Shown: piece by piece, positions 1-9,075 of the stretch | Layout: each line of letters starts with the position of its first letter | How positions within the stretch are numbered: position 1 is the first letter of the stretch | IMG/VR virus record: IMGVR_UViG_3300019776_000324 | Coordinates: 1-64,000 of that record | Direction: 5' to 3' (one strand) | Source: a virus | Length of the DNA stretch: 64,000 bases | Position numbers and translations under genes: made by a program | The notes under the pieces: generated by a model | What the model was told of the DNA's origin: nothing | Seen by the model: the letters and a program-made list of their open reading frames with translations, nothing else | Database searches by the model: none

Positions 1-137
1 CCGAACATATCAAGAATCATTACGGACGCTGGGCACACAATACCTACATCCTGGCCTTTACACTTGTTACTATTACAGCACTAAGTTTAAATATCTACGC
101 TGGCAGTAAACTGATACAAACTATCACTGGTTTGAAC

Positions 138-1103
138 ATGAATATTTCTGCTGCCTTTTTAATTTTTAGTGCTGTAATATTTTCTGTATTTAGAGGCCTG
201 CGCAGTACCAATGTAACTGAAATATTTAAAATGGTTGTGGTTGTGCTTACTGCTGTTCTTATTGTTCCGCAGGTATGGAACATTGTTGGCTGGGATGTCA
301 TTGCCAAGGGCATGACTGGTGCTACTGGGCAGTACGGAGCATTGTGGGGGACTACTGAAGCAACAACTGTATTTTTAACCACTGGTATCTATTTCTTGTT
401 TAGACATATTAGTTTGCCCTGGGCTGACAACAGTTTTTGGCAACGGGCATTTGTTATTAACCCAGCTAAAATTAAACGAGCCTATGCAGGAGCGGCCGCA
501 TTGTTTTTTATTGCGCCAGCTATGTTTGCTAGTTTAGGTTTTGTTGCTGCTGGACTAGGACTCAAACCAGATAATGTACAGTTAACTAATGTGCTGGTCA
601 TTGCAAAATTATTAGATCCATGGGCGTTGGGCTTGGTTGTGTTCATGTTATTAACTGCCTTGACAAGTATATTGGATAGCCAAATAACAAGTCTTACTAC
701 CTTGGTTAGCCATGACATTGTGCCTCAAGTAAACAAGACCTTGACTGAATCAAAAATTATTGACTATAGTAGATTAATAGTGTTAGGCGTAGTTGGGCTT
801 AGTTGGGCGTTTATTAATGTGCCTGGCGTTAATATTTTGTATTTTGGATTCTTAACTGGATGTATTTGTATGACATTCTTTGTACCAAGTGTAATCGCAC
901 TATTTGCTCCACACTTGCAATCTGCTCGTGGGTTAGTAGCTGGCATATTGCTGGGGCTAGTTGTTGGATTTCCTATGTATGCCTATGCTAGTTTAAATAA
1001 ATTAACTGATTTATCGTTGGTTGGTTTCTTTTCTTGTTTGGTAATATCGTCAATTTTTAGCTTGGTCAGCGGGCAACTGCAATCTGCAAAAAAGACATAC
1101 TAG
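138..1103 (+). CDS. polytopic membrane protein, unknown function (possible transporter subunit)
   Basis: ORF 132..1103 in the track uses TTG; the first ATG is at 138. About 8-9 hydrophobic helices. No catalytic motif recognised. Confidence 0.45.
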   Translation: MNISAAFLIFSAVIFSVFRGLRSTNVTEIFKMVVVVLTAVLIVPQVWNIVGWDVIAKGMTGATGQYGALWGTTEATTVFLTTGIYFLFRHISLPWADNSFWQRAFVINPAKIKRAYAGAAALFFIAPAMFASLGFVAAGLGLKPDNVQLTNVLVIAKLLDPWALGLVVFMLLTALTSILDSQITSLTTLVSHDIVPQVNKTLTESKIIDYSRLIVLGVVGLSWAFINVPGVNILYFGFLTGCICMTFFVPSVIALFAPHLQSARGLVAGILLGLVVGFPMYAYASLNKLTDLSLVGFFSCLVISSIFSLVSGQLQSAKKTY

Positions 1104-1144
1104 CCATAATAGCATAAATATTAGAATATTAAAAGGATACAATT

Positions 1145-1471
1145 ATGACTACTTTAGTTACCGTAAAATTTCAAAAACTTGGAGCAGTTTTTTCAACAGC
1201 CGACGAAGCATCTGATGATCGATATGTTGGTGCTGACCCAACCCTATTGGAAGAAACTGCGGCTCTAAACACTACATTTTTAGCCAATGGCGTAATGTCT
1301 GCGCCAAACTCAAAAACTTGGGATCAAGATACCAATACACTTACTGTAGTAAAATACATTAACAGTATTGCTGATTACGATGCAGGTTGGGCGCCATTTG
1401 GTACAGAGCTTAATACTGTAGCTGTAAACAATGGCTGGACTCTAGTTTCTAAAGAAGTTGTTGAGCAGTAA
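1145..1471 (+). CDS. hypothetical protein (108 aa)
   Basis: ATG preceded by AAAAGGA. No motif recognised. Confidence 0.5.
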   Translation: MTTLVTVKFQKLGAVFSTADEASDDRYVGADPTLLEETAALNTTFLANGVMSAPNSKTWDQDTNTLTVVKYINSIADYDAGWAPFGTELNTVAVNNGWTLVSKEVVEQ

Positions 1472-1535
1472 AAACAAATCATATCTGTAGTAGGGCGGCC
1501 AGTCCGCCCCGATCAATCACAAGATCAAAAGGTTT

Positions 1536-1567
1536 GCTAGTTGCCTGTAGTAACAACTAGCATTTTT
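1536..1567 (+). terminator. putative intrinsic terminator
   Basis: 8-bp stem GCTAGTTG/CAACTAGC with a 10-nt loop, followed by ATTTTT. Confidence 0.35.
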
Positions 1568-1569
1568 CA

Positions 1570-2721
1570 ATGTCTATTATACCCTCAATAAAAGTCGAAG
1601 ACGATGTAGCCTCGGTACCATTTGTATCAAAGAATGGCTACTATCGTGTTGGCAATAAAAACTTTAATTTCAAGATCAATGCGTTAGAGGAAGCTACTCG
1701 TACACGGCAAGAAGTTGTGTGGGATTTCAATAACAATGTCTACCAAAATCTCAATTGGCGAGTTAATACTAATGTTGGTTTAAAGAATTTATATCGCATG
1801 CGAGCTCAACAGCTCAGAAACAAATATGATTATCTAGTGCTGTCGTTTAGTGGTGGTGCTGACAGTTTCACAGTATTAAAAAGTTTCATTGACAATAATA
1901 TCAAACTGGACGAGATCATTTGCGATTGGCCTATCAGTTATACTGAGTCAAAGCACCATAACAGTAGCAATGTTGACGCTGAAAATTATCTCAGCGAATG
2001 GAACTTGGCCATCAAGCCAATGTTAAAATATGTTTCTGAACATCATCCAGACATAAAGATTACAGTTACAGATAGCCTTGCTGAGTTAACTACTGAAGAC
2101 GCTGAAGATACTTGTACAATTACACAAATACACAATTATATCAGCGTTAAACGATATCGTGTAATCTCAAATCGACTAAAAGAACTAAGCGATCAGCATG
2201 CCGAAGTGGCCATAGTATTAGGTATTGAAAAACCAATTGCAACTATTGAAAGAGATATTTTTTGTGTGTTTTTTAGTGACGAGCATTGTTGGTTCAAGTC
2301 TAGTATTGCAGATTACAAGCGTAATGTTGAATATTTTTACTGGTCAGCAGATCTTCCTGAGATTGTGCTTGAACAAGGACATGCAATATTTCAACAGGTA
2401 AAAGCCAACAAGCAACTGTTAAACTTATACAATAAAACACTAGGACTGCACGAAGCTAACCGTAATTTTGCAAAGAGTATAATTTACCCAGACTGGAATC
2501 CTAATGTGTTCCAAGCCAACAAAGGAACTTCGCTGATTTACAACGAGCAATATTCTTGGTTTTTTAATCAAAATCAAACTAGAGAAGTGCAATCATGGGA
2601 AAGTTCAATGAATACCAGACTGGCTCTAGTTGATCCTAAGTATTTGCTTTACTTTAATAATTCTAAATTTAAAGGATACGAGTACTTCCATTCTCGATTA
2701 TACCCAATAGGAAAACTATAA
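1570..2721 (+). CDS. PP-loop superfamily ATP pyrophosphatase-like protein
   Basis: SGGxDS PP-loop motif (LVLSFSGGADSF) about 90 aa into the ORF. The start is uncertain: no SD, and the PP-loop usually sits near the N-terminus. Confidence 0.5.
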   Translation: MSIIPSIKVEDDVASVPFVSKNGYYRVGNKNFNFKINALEEATRTRQEVVWDFNNNVYQNLNWRVNTNVGLKNLYRMRAQQLRNKYDYLVLSFSGGADSFTVLKSFIDNNIKLDEIICDWPISYTESKHHNSSNVDAENYLSEWNLAIKPMLKYVSEHHPDIKITVTDSLAELTTEDAEDTCTITQIHNYISVKRYRVISNRLKELSDQHAEVAIVLGIEKPIATIERDIFCVFFSDEHCWFKSSIADYKRNVEYFYWSADLPEIVLEQGHAIFQQVKANKQLLNLYNKTLGLHEANRNFAKSIIYPDWNPNVFQANKGTSLIYNEQYSWFFNQNQTREVQSWESSMNTRLALVDPKYLLYFNNSKFKGYEYFHSRLYPIGKL

Positions 2722-3620
2722 TGAAAAAACTTATTACACTATTACTACTGCTGGTATCTACATGTGCATTGGCCTGGCCCAATAAAGAAATTACATTGAT
2801 TGTTCCTTATCCACCAGGTGGCGTTAACGATCAACTGGCAAGAATCATGCAACCAGATCTTGAAAGTATTCTTCGAGTTCCTGTACAAATTAAAAACATG
2901 CCCGGAGCAGCCAATGGTGTAGCAATCAATCATGTGTTAGGTACAGCCAACGATGATCATACTTTTATAATCACCATGGACGACTTTGTACTAGGACCCT
3001 TGTATCAAGGTAATCGATCCTATACCAATTTCAAAGCAACCAACATCATTGGAACTGTGCCATATGTATTATTTGGTGGACAAAATTCATCTGCGGAACA
3101 CTTTAAACAACAGATAAAAAATAAACAAATAGTTAATATTGGAAACAACGGAATCAATGGTGGCGCACACCTTTGGGGAGAACAATTAAAATCCAAAGTA
3201 CGGGTCAATCCAATTTTTTACAAAGGATCAGCACCACTAATAACTGATGTGATTGCAGGACACACCGAGTATGGAATATCATCCTTGACTGCATCCTATC
3301 AGTTTGTGCAAAGTGGTAAGTTAAGACCTATACTGCAATCTGGTCGTACTAGAAGTGTAACTTATCCTGATGTTCCTACTGCTAGAGAGTCAGGCATCAA
3401 AGTAGCAGATGCCGCCACATGGTTTGGCGTGTTTACTCGACGAGATACATCATCAACTGCTACCAACAGAATGTCCACAGTGGTCAAATTAATAGTGGCC
3501 AATAACAGTAAGATACAGGAATTTAAAACTTCTGGAATGAATCTTAATAACTTAACACAGGACTTGTCTGATCAATTCTTTGTGCAACAAATACAACAGT
3601 TTGAACAGCAAAAACAGTAA
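2721..3620 (+). CDS. TctC/Bug-family periplasmic solute-binding protein (secreted)
   Basis: Signal peptide MKKLITLLLLLVSTCALA. Family motif LIVPYPPGGVNDQLARIM...NMPGAANGV matches the TctC N-terminal signature (IVPF..GG..D..AR....pGAgG). Confidence 0.6.
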   Translation: MKKLITLLLLLVSTCALAWPNKEITLIVPYPPGGVNDQLARIMQPDLESILRVPVQIKNMPGAANGVAINHVLGTANDDHTFIITMDDFVLGPLYQGNRSYTNFKATNIIGTVPYVLFGGQNSSAEHFKQQIKNKQIVNIGNNGINGGAHLWGEQLKSKVRVNPIFYKGSAPLITDVIAGHTEYGISSLTASYQFVQSGKLRPILQSGRTRSVTYPDVPTARESGIKVADAATWFGVFTRRDTSSTATNRMSTVVKLIVANNSKIQEFKTSGMNLNNLTQDLSDQFFVQQIQQFEQQKQ

Positions 3621-3624
3621 AATA

Positions 3625-3648
3625 AGGGCTTAACGGCCCTATTTTTTT
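3625..3648 (+). terminator. putative intrinsic terminator
   Basis: AGGGC-ttaacg-GCCCT stem followed by ATTTTTTTGG. Confidence 0.45.
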
Positions 3649-3663
3649 GGATGTTTTTTCTGG

Positions 3664-3692
3664 TTGACCCAAAATGCCCAATTTGCTATAAT
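3664..3692 (+). promoter_or_regulatory. sigma70-consensus promoter (TTGACC-N17-TATAAT) with conserved downstream box
   Basis: TTGACC 3664-3669, TATAAT 3687-3692, then AGTTGTATAGTAAG and AGGAG SD before ATG 3723. Confidence 0.7.
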
Positions 3693-3722
3693 AGTTGTAT
3701 AGTAAGTAAAAAGGAGCACAAA

Positions 3723-4073
3723 ATGAGTCAAAAATTCTTCCTAGGCGATCGTGTTCGTATTGCTAAAGACTTAGGTGCAAGCATGAGCCACTTTGAGAGC
3801 GATTGTGAAGCTATTGTGATGTATTCATATGCTGAACAATACGACGGTAGTGCTAAGAATGTTGATAAGTTTAGCCTGTATATACTTCCTAATCGTGGTG
3901 AAACTTCATGGTACTATGCTGACCAACTTACTCTTATCGAACCAGATCGTTTGGATCTGTTGCCAAAAAGCCACATTGCTCGTAAAAACTCTGAAGCTAA
4001 ACAAGCTCGCGACAAGGATCTTGTAGTGTGGTTAAAACAAGGCATCAAAGAAAAAGAATTAGTAGTTGACTGA
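3723..4073 (+). CDS. hypothetical protein (116 aa)
   Basis: ATG 8 nt after AGGAG. The track start at 3651 is upstream of the promoter and was rejected. Confidence 0.55.
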   Translation: MSQKFFLGDRVRIAKDLGASMSHFESDCEAIVMYSYAEQYDGSAKNVDKFSLYILPNRGETSWYYADQLTLIEPDRLDLLPKSHIARKNSEAKQARDKDLVVWLKQGIKEKELVVD

Positions 4074-4094
4074 TAATTCAGTTAATTGTATAAT
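4066..4094 (+). promoter_or_regulatory. sigma70-consensus promoter (TTGACT-N17-TATAAT)
   Basis: TTGACT 4066-4071 overlaps the stop codon of the upstream gene. TATAAT 4089-4094, then GTAGTTTAGTAGTTAAT and AAGGACA SD before ATG 4146. Confidence 0.65.
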
Positions 4095-4145
4095 GTAGTT
4101 TAGTAGTTAATTTTAATCGTAGTTTAATTTTTTAAGGACACAGCC

Positions 4146-5231
4146 ATGTCAGATACAAGAACAGTCAATTCAGTTCAAGCTCGTAAAAGTTTACTGAAAG
4201 CATTCAAAAAACAACGCCCATTATTTTTATGGGGTCCTCCTGGTATTGGTAAGTCAGAGTTGGTTGCTGACTTGACTGAAGAACTAGGTGGTGCTATGAT
4301 CGACCTTCGGTTGGGTCAGATGGAGCCGACAGATATTCGCGGTATTCCTTTTTATAACAAAGATTTGGGCAAGATGGATTGGGCTGAGCCTATCGATTTG
4401 CCAGATGCAGAATTTGCTGGACAGTATCCGATTGTAGTCTTGTTCTTGGACGAGATGAATTCAGCGGCACCATCAGTTCAAGCGGCTGCTTATCAGTTGA
4501 TTTTGAATCGTCGTATTGGCAAGTATAAAATGCCAGACAATGTAGTTATTGTGGCCGCAGGTAATCGCGAGTCAGACAAAGGTGTTACATATCGTATGCC
4601 TACTCCGCTTGCAAATCGTTTCATTCACCAAGAGATGAAGGTAGACTTTGCGGCTTGGCAAGATTGGGCTGTTAACCACGGCATCCATAAAGATGTGGTT
4701 GGTTACTTGACCTACGCTAAACAGGACTTGAATGAGTTCGATGCTAAATCAGCTAGTCGTGCATTCGCTACTCCACGCTCATGGACATTCGTATCACAGT
4801 TGTTAGAAGACGAAGATGGTGATGATGACACTATCATGAACTTGGTTGCAGGCACTGTAGGTGAAGGACTTGCTGTTAAGTTTATGGCACACCGCAAGAT
4901 TGCTGGTAAAATGCCTAAGCCAGAAGATATCTTGGCTGGTAAGGAAAAAGAGCTGAATGTCAAAGAAGTATCGGCTATGTACAGCTTGGTAATCTCCATG
5001 TGCTACGAGCTTAAAGCGGCTGTAGAAGCCAAGGTAGAGGACAAGAAGTTCCATGAAATGGCAGATAACTTCTTTGCCTACATGATGAAGAACTTTGAAA
5101 CTGAACTTGTGGTAATGGGAGCCCGCATAGCACTTACGACCTATAATTTGCCATTCCAACCAACTAAGTTGAAAAACTTTGATGAGTTCCATAAAAGATA
5201 CGGCAAGTATATTTTACAAGCCAGTGCATAG
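4146..5231 (+). CDS. MoxR/CobS-like AAA+ ATPase (AAA_5 type)
   Basis: Walker A LWGPPGIGKSELV. Walker B VVLFLDEMN. Sensor region VVIVAAGNRE...MPTPLANRF. About 360 aa, typical of MoxR/CobS. Confidence 0.75.
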   Translation: MSDTRTVNSVQARKSLLKAFKKQRPLFLWGPPGIGKSELVADLTEELGGAMIDLRLGQMEPTDIRGIPFYNKDLGKMDWAEPIDLPDAEFAGQYPIVVLFLDEMNSAAPSVQAAAYQLILNRRIGKYKMPDNVVIVAAGNRESDKGVTYRMPTPLANRFIHQEMKVDFAAWQDWAVNHGIHKDVVGYLTYAKQDLNEFDAKSASRAFATPRSWTFVSQLLEDEDGDDDTIMNLVAGTVGEGLAVKFMAHRKIAGKMPKPEDILAGKEKELNVKEVSAMYSLVISMCYELKAAVEAKVEDKKFHEMADNFFAYMMKNFETELVVMGARIALTTYNLPFQPTKLKNFDEFHKRYGKYILQASA

Positions 5232-5236
5232 TAAAC

Positions 5237-5310
5237 AACTTGGGTGGTGCCACCCAAGGCTGTGTCTCACTACCCAGGTTGGCAAAAGGAGCTTAGGCTC
5301 CTTTTGTTTT
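5237..5310. terminator. bidirectional intrinsic terminator between convergent genes
   Basis: Hairpin CTTGGGTGG/CCACCCAAG (5239-5258). Hairpin AAAAGGAGC-ttag-GCTCCTTTT (5284-5305) followed by GTTTTG on +; on - the hairpin spans the stop codon of the 5293..5505 gene and is followed by TTTTGCC. Confidence 0.5.
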
Positions 5311-5505
5311 GCCCTTTAATGCTTCACTAATCTTACGCTTGGTCTCTTCACTCATTGTATAGGTCCGACCTTTCATTGGCGATACACGACCTTTTAATTT
5401 AGCTGATCTTTTAGCATTCGCTTCTTCGGTTTGCGGTTTACCAGGCAACCCATTTTTAGCCCAGGTTGACCTGAAATTAGCTCTATAGTATAATAGTGTT
5501 ATCAT
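5293..5505 (-). CDS. NUMOD3-repeat DNA-binding protein, probably a remnant of a freestanding homing endonuclease
   Basis: Two NUMOD3-like repeats (QTEEANAKRSAKLKGR and MSEETKRKISEALKGKTKG). Lone - strand gene in a + block, wedged between a terminator and a promoter. No nuclease domain present. Confidence 0.45.
   Translation of the reverse strand: MITLLYYRANFRSTWAKNGLPGKPQTEEANAKRSAKLKGRVSPMKGRTYTMSEETKRKISEALKGKTKGA
5466..5494 (+). promoter_or_regulatory. sigma70-consensus promoter (TTGACC-N17-TATAAT)
   Basis: TTGACC 5466-5471, TATAAT 5489-5494, then AGTGTTATCAT. Lies inside the 5' end of the - strand NUMOD3 ORF and drives the small-gene array. Confidence 0.6.
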
Positions 5506-5525
5506 GTTAAAAACAGGGGCAAATA

Positions 5526-5753
5526 ATGACTAAACTATTAATAGATCGCCTAGATAGATTAACTCTCCTGGTATCTGAATACTATTTTCCTCAATGGATC
5601 GAACAAGGGTATGGAGCACCAAAAGAAAGCTCCTGGCGTCAAATATTTGAATGGTGTTTAGACTGTGGCATTGAGTGTAATAGAGGTCGTGGCACTACCT
5701 TAAGATTTCATAAAGAAACAGATGTTACAGCATTTATGTTAAAGTGGAGTTGA
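5526..5753 (+). CDS. small-protein family member (C-term FMLKWS)
   Basis: 75 aa; the tail AFMLKWS matches the array consensus. Confidence 0.6.
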   Translation: MTKLLIDRLDRLTLLVSEYYFPQWIEQGYGAPKESSWRQIFEWCLDCGIECNRGRGTTLRFHKETDVTAFMLKWS

Positions 5754-5755
5754 AA

Positions 5756-5956
5756 ATGAACTATTTAAGTATAGCACAGATTGATGAAGTAAAGATGGAA
5801 ATGGATGACCTGCTGATACCTATCGCAAAGATTAGTTTAAGTATTCGTCCTGAAGATATACAAAATATGATAATGATGCACGGCCCAGACTTTATGCCAG
5901 AACTACAGCGTATGATTGGCGAAATTGTATTGGATTCTTATAAGACTCAGGATTAA
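5756..5956 (+). CDS. small hypothetical protein (66 aa, no family tail)
   Basis: ATG 3 nt after the upstream TGA. The track GTG start at 5744 was rejected. Confidence 0.45.
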   Translation: MNYLSIAQIDEVKMEMDDLLIPIAKISLSIRPEDIQNMIMMHGPDFMPELQRMIGEIVLDSYKTQD

Positions 5957-5993
5957 ACAGGCTGTGTCGCTACAGCCTTCCACCTTTACTATT

Positions 5994-6332
5994 ATGTTCA
6001 CTATGAAATTTAAAATCGTCAAAACTGATCGTAGGCATACTGCCAATCAAGTATTCCGGTACTATGTTGAGCCTGCATACGAATTAGGTGTTGGCCGTGA
6101 CGAGCGTATTGAAATGTTTAAAGAGTTGCGAGCTTGGTGTTGGGAACAGTTTGGGCCTGGTTGCGAGCGTGATTATGTTGTGCTACACCCGGTTCCTGCG
6201 GGCATAGATGGTCAGTGTCGAATGGCAACTCAAGAGCGTTGGGCTTGGCTTACTACAACTGACACTAATTCGGTGTTGAGAATCTATTTTAACGATGATG
6301 AACTAGCGTGGTTTAAACTCAAGTGGGCATGA
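5994..6332 (+). CDS. small-protein family member (C-term WFKLKWA)
   Basis: Start set at the first ATG after the upstream stop; the track start 5916 overlaps the previous gene. Tail DDDELAWFKLKWA. Confidence 0.5.
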   Translation: MFTMKFKIVKTDRRHTANQVFRYYVEPAYELGVGRDERIEMFKELRAWCWEQFGPGCERDYVVLHPVPAGIDGQCRMATQERWAWLTTTDTNSVLRIYFNDDELAWFKLKWA

Positions 6333-6538
6333 TGATTCGAATTGCCAATTTACAACAGCGTGATGGAATCCATCACTGGCTCAAAGATCGTGGAATCTAT
6401 CGTGATCTTTATGAGTTGGGTTATGACTTTGGTGATTCATCTGACGAGGGCATAGAACTCTGGCCCGTGCTTAGAATCAACGACGGTGTGTTATCAGCAA
6501 CTGATGTAACTGAATTTATATTAAGGTTTGGTGTATGA
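6329..6538 (+). CDS. small-protein family member (variant tail FILRFGV)
   Basis: ATGA overlap with the upstream stop; 69 aa. Confidence 0.5.
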   Translation: MMIRIANLQQRDGIHHWLKDRGIYRDLYELGYDFGDSSDEGIELWPVLRINDGVLSATDVTEFILRFGV

Positions 6539-6735
6539 CCCAGGTTGAATGTCACATACCTATGAGCCGTATGGAGGAGATTACAGAATGGTTGCACAAC
6601 AACATCGGCCCAGGTTGGATACACCCCGACACACATGTTTGGAGTTATGGTGAGCTGTATGAATCAGTTCATTTTAGCCGTGAACAGGATGCCGTTATGT
6701 TTAAACTAAAATGGGCTGGAAATGAAAACATATAA
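6535..6735 (+). CDS. small-protein family member (tail EQDAVMFKLKWAGNENI)
   Basis: ATGA overlap; 66 aa. Confidence 0.6.
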   Translation: MTQVECHIPMSRMEEITEWLHNNIGPGWIHPDTHVWSYGELYESVHFSREQDAVMFKLKWAGNENI

Positions 6736-7075
6736 GCGTACAATTATTATCCGTGAAAGAGATCTTTGTAGTCTAATGTACAAGACTATTAAAAAAGGCC
6801 TGTTTGACCGCATTGATGTAGAACCGTTAACCTATCAAGAAATACAAAACGAAATATTAATAGATACATTAAAGGGCACACCAACTCGTAAGTGGAGTGT
6901 ATTGCCTGATGTGTATGAAACACTAATGTACAAGGAAGGTAACTTGTACAACAAGCAGTATTTGTCCTGGTTGTTGACCATGGATTATCCTAACGGACAG
7001 ATCTATGTGCAGAGCCGTTCAGGCGAACCCACTGATCCTTTACACCGTGTGACTTTTGAGAAAGACTATGCGTAA
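6722..7075 (+). CDS. hypothetical protein (117 aa)
   Basis: ORF in the array without the family tail. Confidence 0.5.
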   Translation: MKTYKRTIIIRERDLCSLMYKTIKKGLFDRIDVEPLTYQEIQNEILIDTLKGTPTRKWSVLPDVYETLMYKEGNLYNKQYLSWLLTMDYPNGQIYVQSRSGEPTDPLHRVTFEKDYA

Positions 7076-7313
7076 ACGCCTACACGAATCTCGTTACTTT
7101 AGACTGCAACAAGAGCACACAGCCAAAGGTCGCAAGTTCTATAGAATTGTATTCTGGAAACTGTGGCCACTGAGCGTAGACGACGAAGAACGAATTAGAG
7201 ATGTAATAGATCCACAGCGTAGCCGAAGTGGTCGAAATGGAACCAATTGGAAATATACTAATCGCAAGGAAGCAGAACAAATGTATAGTATGTTGTTGTT
7301 AAGGTGGAGTTAA
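7068..7313 (+). CDS. small-protein family member (tail MLLLRWS)
   Basis: ATG 7068 overlaps the upstream stop; the track TTG start at 7056 was rejected. Confidence 0.55.
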   Translation: MRKRLHESRYFRLQQEHTAKGRKFYRIVFWKLWPLSVDDEERIRDVIDPQRSRSGRNGTNWKYTNRKEAEQMYSMLLLRWS

Positions 7314-7315
7314 AG

Positions 7316-7675
7316 ATGAAACATTATTTGTCATTTATTCAGTGGTTAATTCAGCGTATGTTTCGGACTGTTATATCAGGACCAGTTAGACTTTTTAAAT
7401 GGTATAAAGGTCGACTATATTACGAAACATTTTTAACCATACTGGCATCCATTGTTGGTTGGGCCATGCTGTTATTTGCAGGTGCTGTCGCATCAACTAC
7501 TAATGTTAATGGTAAGTTGGTAGTTGAGACTGATGATGTTTGGCCATTTATAATAGCTTTGTTTGCGCCGCCTGTGGTGTTTATTGTGGCTTGCGTTTCT
7601 ATTCAATATGATCATTACTGTTCAGAGCTAGAGCGCACTATGAAAACTCTTAAAGGCAAGCATGACAGTATATAA
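7316..7675 (+). CDS. small membrane protein (2 TM)
   Basis: ATG 3 nt after the upstream TAA. Hydrophobic helices LASIVGWAMLLFAGAV and WPFIIALFAPPVVFIVACV. Confidence 0.5.
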   Translation: MKHYLSFIQWLIQRMFRTVISGPVRLFKWYKGRLYYETFLTILASIVGWAMLLFAGAVASTTNVNGKLVVETDDVWPFIIALFAPPVVFIVACVSIQYDHYCSELERTMKTLKGKHDSI

Positions 7676-7865
7676 AGCAAAGATGCCAGAAGCATGGGCT
7701 CGTATGGAATGGTGTCGAGCTCAGTTCGGTGGCGAAGGTGAACCAAATTGGGAAAAGTATGGCGGAGTTGATATTGCCCATGGACTACGCTGGTGGCGTA
7801 GACAAGGCTACTTGTTCTTTCGCAATGAACGAGATTTTGTCCTATACTGTTTGAGGTGGGCATGA
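7662..7865 (+). CDS. small-protein family member (tail RDFVLYCLRWA)
   Basis: 67 aa; ends in the conserved junction TTGAGGTGGGCATGA. Confidence 0.6.
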   Translation: MTVYKAKMPEAWARMEWCRAQFGGEGEPNWEKYGGVDIAHGLRWWRRQGYLFFRNERDFVLYCLRWA

Positions 7866-8227
7866 AGATTAAAGAATTTTACCATGAGTTTGAAATGCTA
7901 GTGCGACCAAGTTCACGCAGGTTGCGTCGTATGAAAAATCCTGGATACAGATCCGATGTATGGAATGCCTATATCGATGATTCTATGATATATGACATCA
8001 GTAATGTTGCTGAAGAAGTTGAGTGTGTGGAGGTGCTCATGCCTGCGGACCGTCTTGAAGAGTTGGAACAACTATTAAAACATTATGAAAAAATGGAAGA
8101 ATCGCATCAGCACAGGCATGTTGTTATTAGTAAGCTGAGAGAGGACGAGCGAGTGCGTATTAAAAATCCTGCTGTTCGTCAAGCATGGGAACACTACTTA
8201 ACATTATTAAACTTGTGCAGAGATTAA
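7862..8227 (+). CDS. hypothetical protein (121 aa)
   Basis: ATGA overlap start. No family tail. Confidence 0.5.
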   Translation: MKIKEFYHEFEMLVRPSSRRLRRMKNPGYRSDVWNAYIDDSMIYDISNVAEEVECVEVLMPADRLEELEQLLKHYEKMEESHQHRHVVISKLREDERVRIKNPAVRQAWEHYLTLLNLCRD

Positions 8228-8228
8228 G

Positions 8229-8471
8229 ATGAATAGCAAAGATAGACGCAAAGATCGTAGAGCATGGAAGTATTCTGTAGCTACTCCTCATGTAATGATG
8301 ACTGGAGTTGCGGGCATGCAAGACGAGTATGATGCAATGTGGAACTGGTGCAAGGAAAACTTTGGTAGCGATGCTCGTTACTGTGGATGGCGTGATCGTG
8401 AGTGGGGTGAGCGTTGGGAGTTTAACGACAGTAAGAAAGCTGCACTATTTTCTCTAAGGTGGAGTAGATGA
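8229..8471 (+). CDS. small-protein family member (tail KKAALFSLRWSR)
   Basis: 80 aa. Confidence 0.6.
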   Translation: MNSKDRRKDRRAWKYSVATPHVMMTGVAGMQDEYDAMWNWCKENFGSDARYCGWRDREWGERWEFNDSKKAALFSLRWSR

Positions 8472-8803
8472 AACTAGAACCTTGGCAGGCAGAAGTATTT
8501 GTTAAGTATTGCGAGAATGATATCAAAATGACCATGAATATAGGCCGTCAGACGGGCAAATCAACATGGGTAAGTATGTTAAGGAACTTTATGGAACGAC
8601 CAGAAAAACGATTTCAATTAGTATCGGGAATCTATAACTACTCACTAATGATCGAAGACTACATGTGGTGGGCTGACAATGAGCGTGAAATACTTAACTG
8701 GATGGCGGAGAACTTACCGCGCGGCATTGAACATCAACAGGGCATGATTCTTACATTTGATACAGACAAACAGCGTATGATGTTCTTGTTGAGGTGGGCA
8801 TGA
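8468..8803 (+). CDS. small-protein family member (tail KQRMMFLLRWA)
   Basis: ATGA overlap; 111 aa. Confidence 0.6.
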   Translation: MKLEPWQAEVFVKYCENDIKMTMNIGRQTGKSTWVSMLRNFMERPEKRFQLVSGIYNYSLMIEDYMWWADNEREILNWMAENLPRGIEHQQGMILTFDTDKQRMMFLLRWA

Positions 8804-9075
8804 CAGTAAAGTATGTTGACGGTTGGTACGAAATAGAGCATCTCCCGCCTAAAGAGATCTGGGCAGTTCATAGCAAAGAATGGGCATGGAAACCTAGACG
8901 AAATTGGTGTAGGAAAACATTTGCTCCGGGTGAATGGGAAATGCGCGATCCTATATATCATTACAGTATAGGTCCTAGCGGACCCGGTAAACGAATACTA
9001 TCAACTACACCATTAACCTGGCGATTCAAGCGTGAAGCTGATGCCTTGTTGTTTACCTTAAGGTGGGCCAAATGA
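8800..9075 (+). CDS. small-protein family member (tail ADALLFTLRWAK)
   Basis: ATG 8800 (track GTG 8794 rejected). ATGA overlap. Confidence 0.6.
   Translation: MTVKYVDGWYEIEHLPPKEIWAVHSKEWAWKPRRNWCRKTFAPGEWEMRDPIYHYSIGPSGPGKRILSTTPLTWRFKREADALLFTLRWAK

Noticed and set aside
1493-1509. GC hairpin GGGCGG-ccagt-CCGCCC after the 1145-1471 gene, as a terminator
   Set aside because: No U-tract follows. The A/T hairpin at 1536-1567 is a better candidate, and even that is weak.
4146-5231. Calling the AAA+ ATPase specifically CobS (cobaltochelatase subunit)
   Set aside because: The AAA_5 motifs fit both MoxR and CobS. Without homology scores, and with the partner being an HExxH-vWA protein rather than a clear CobT, only the generic MoxR/CobS-like call is justified.
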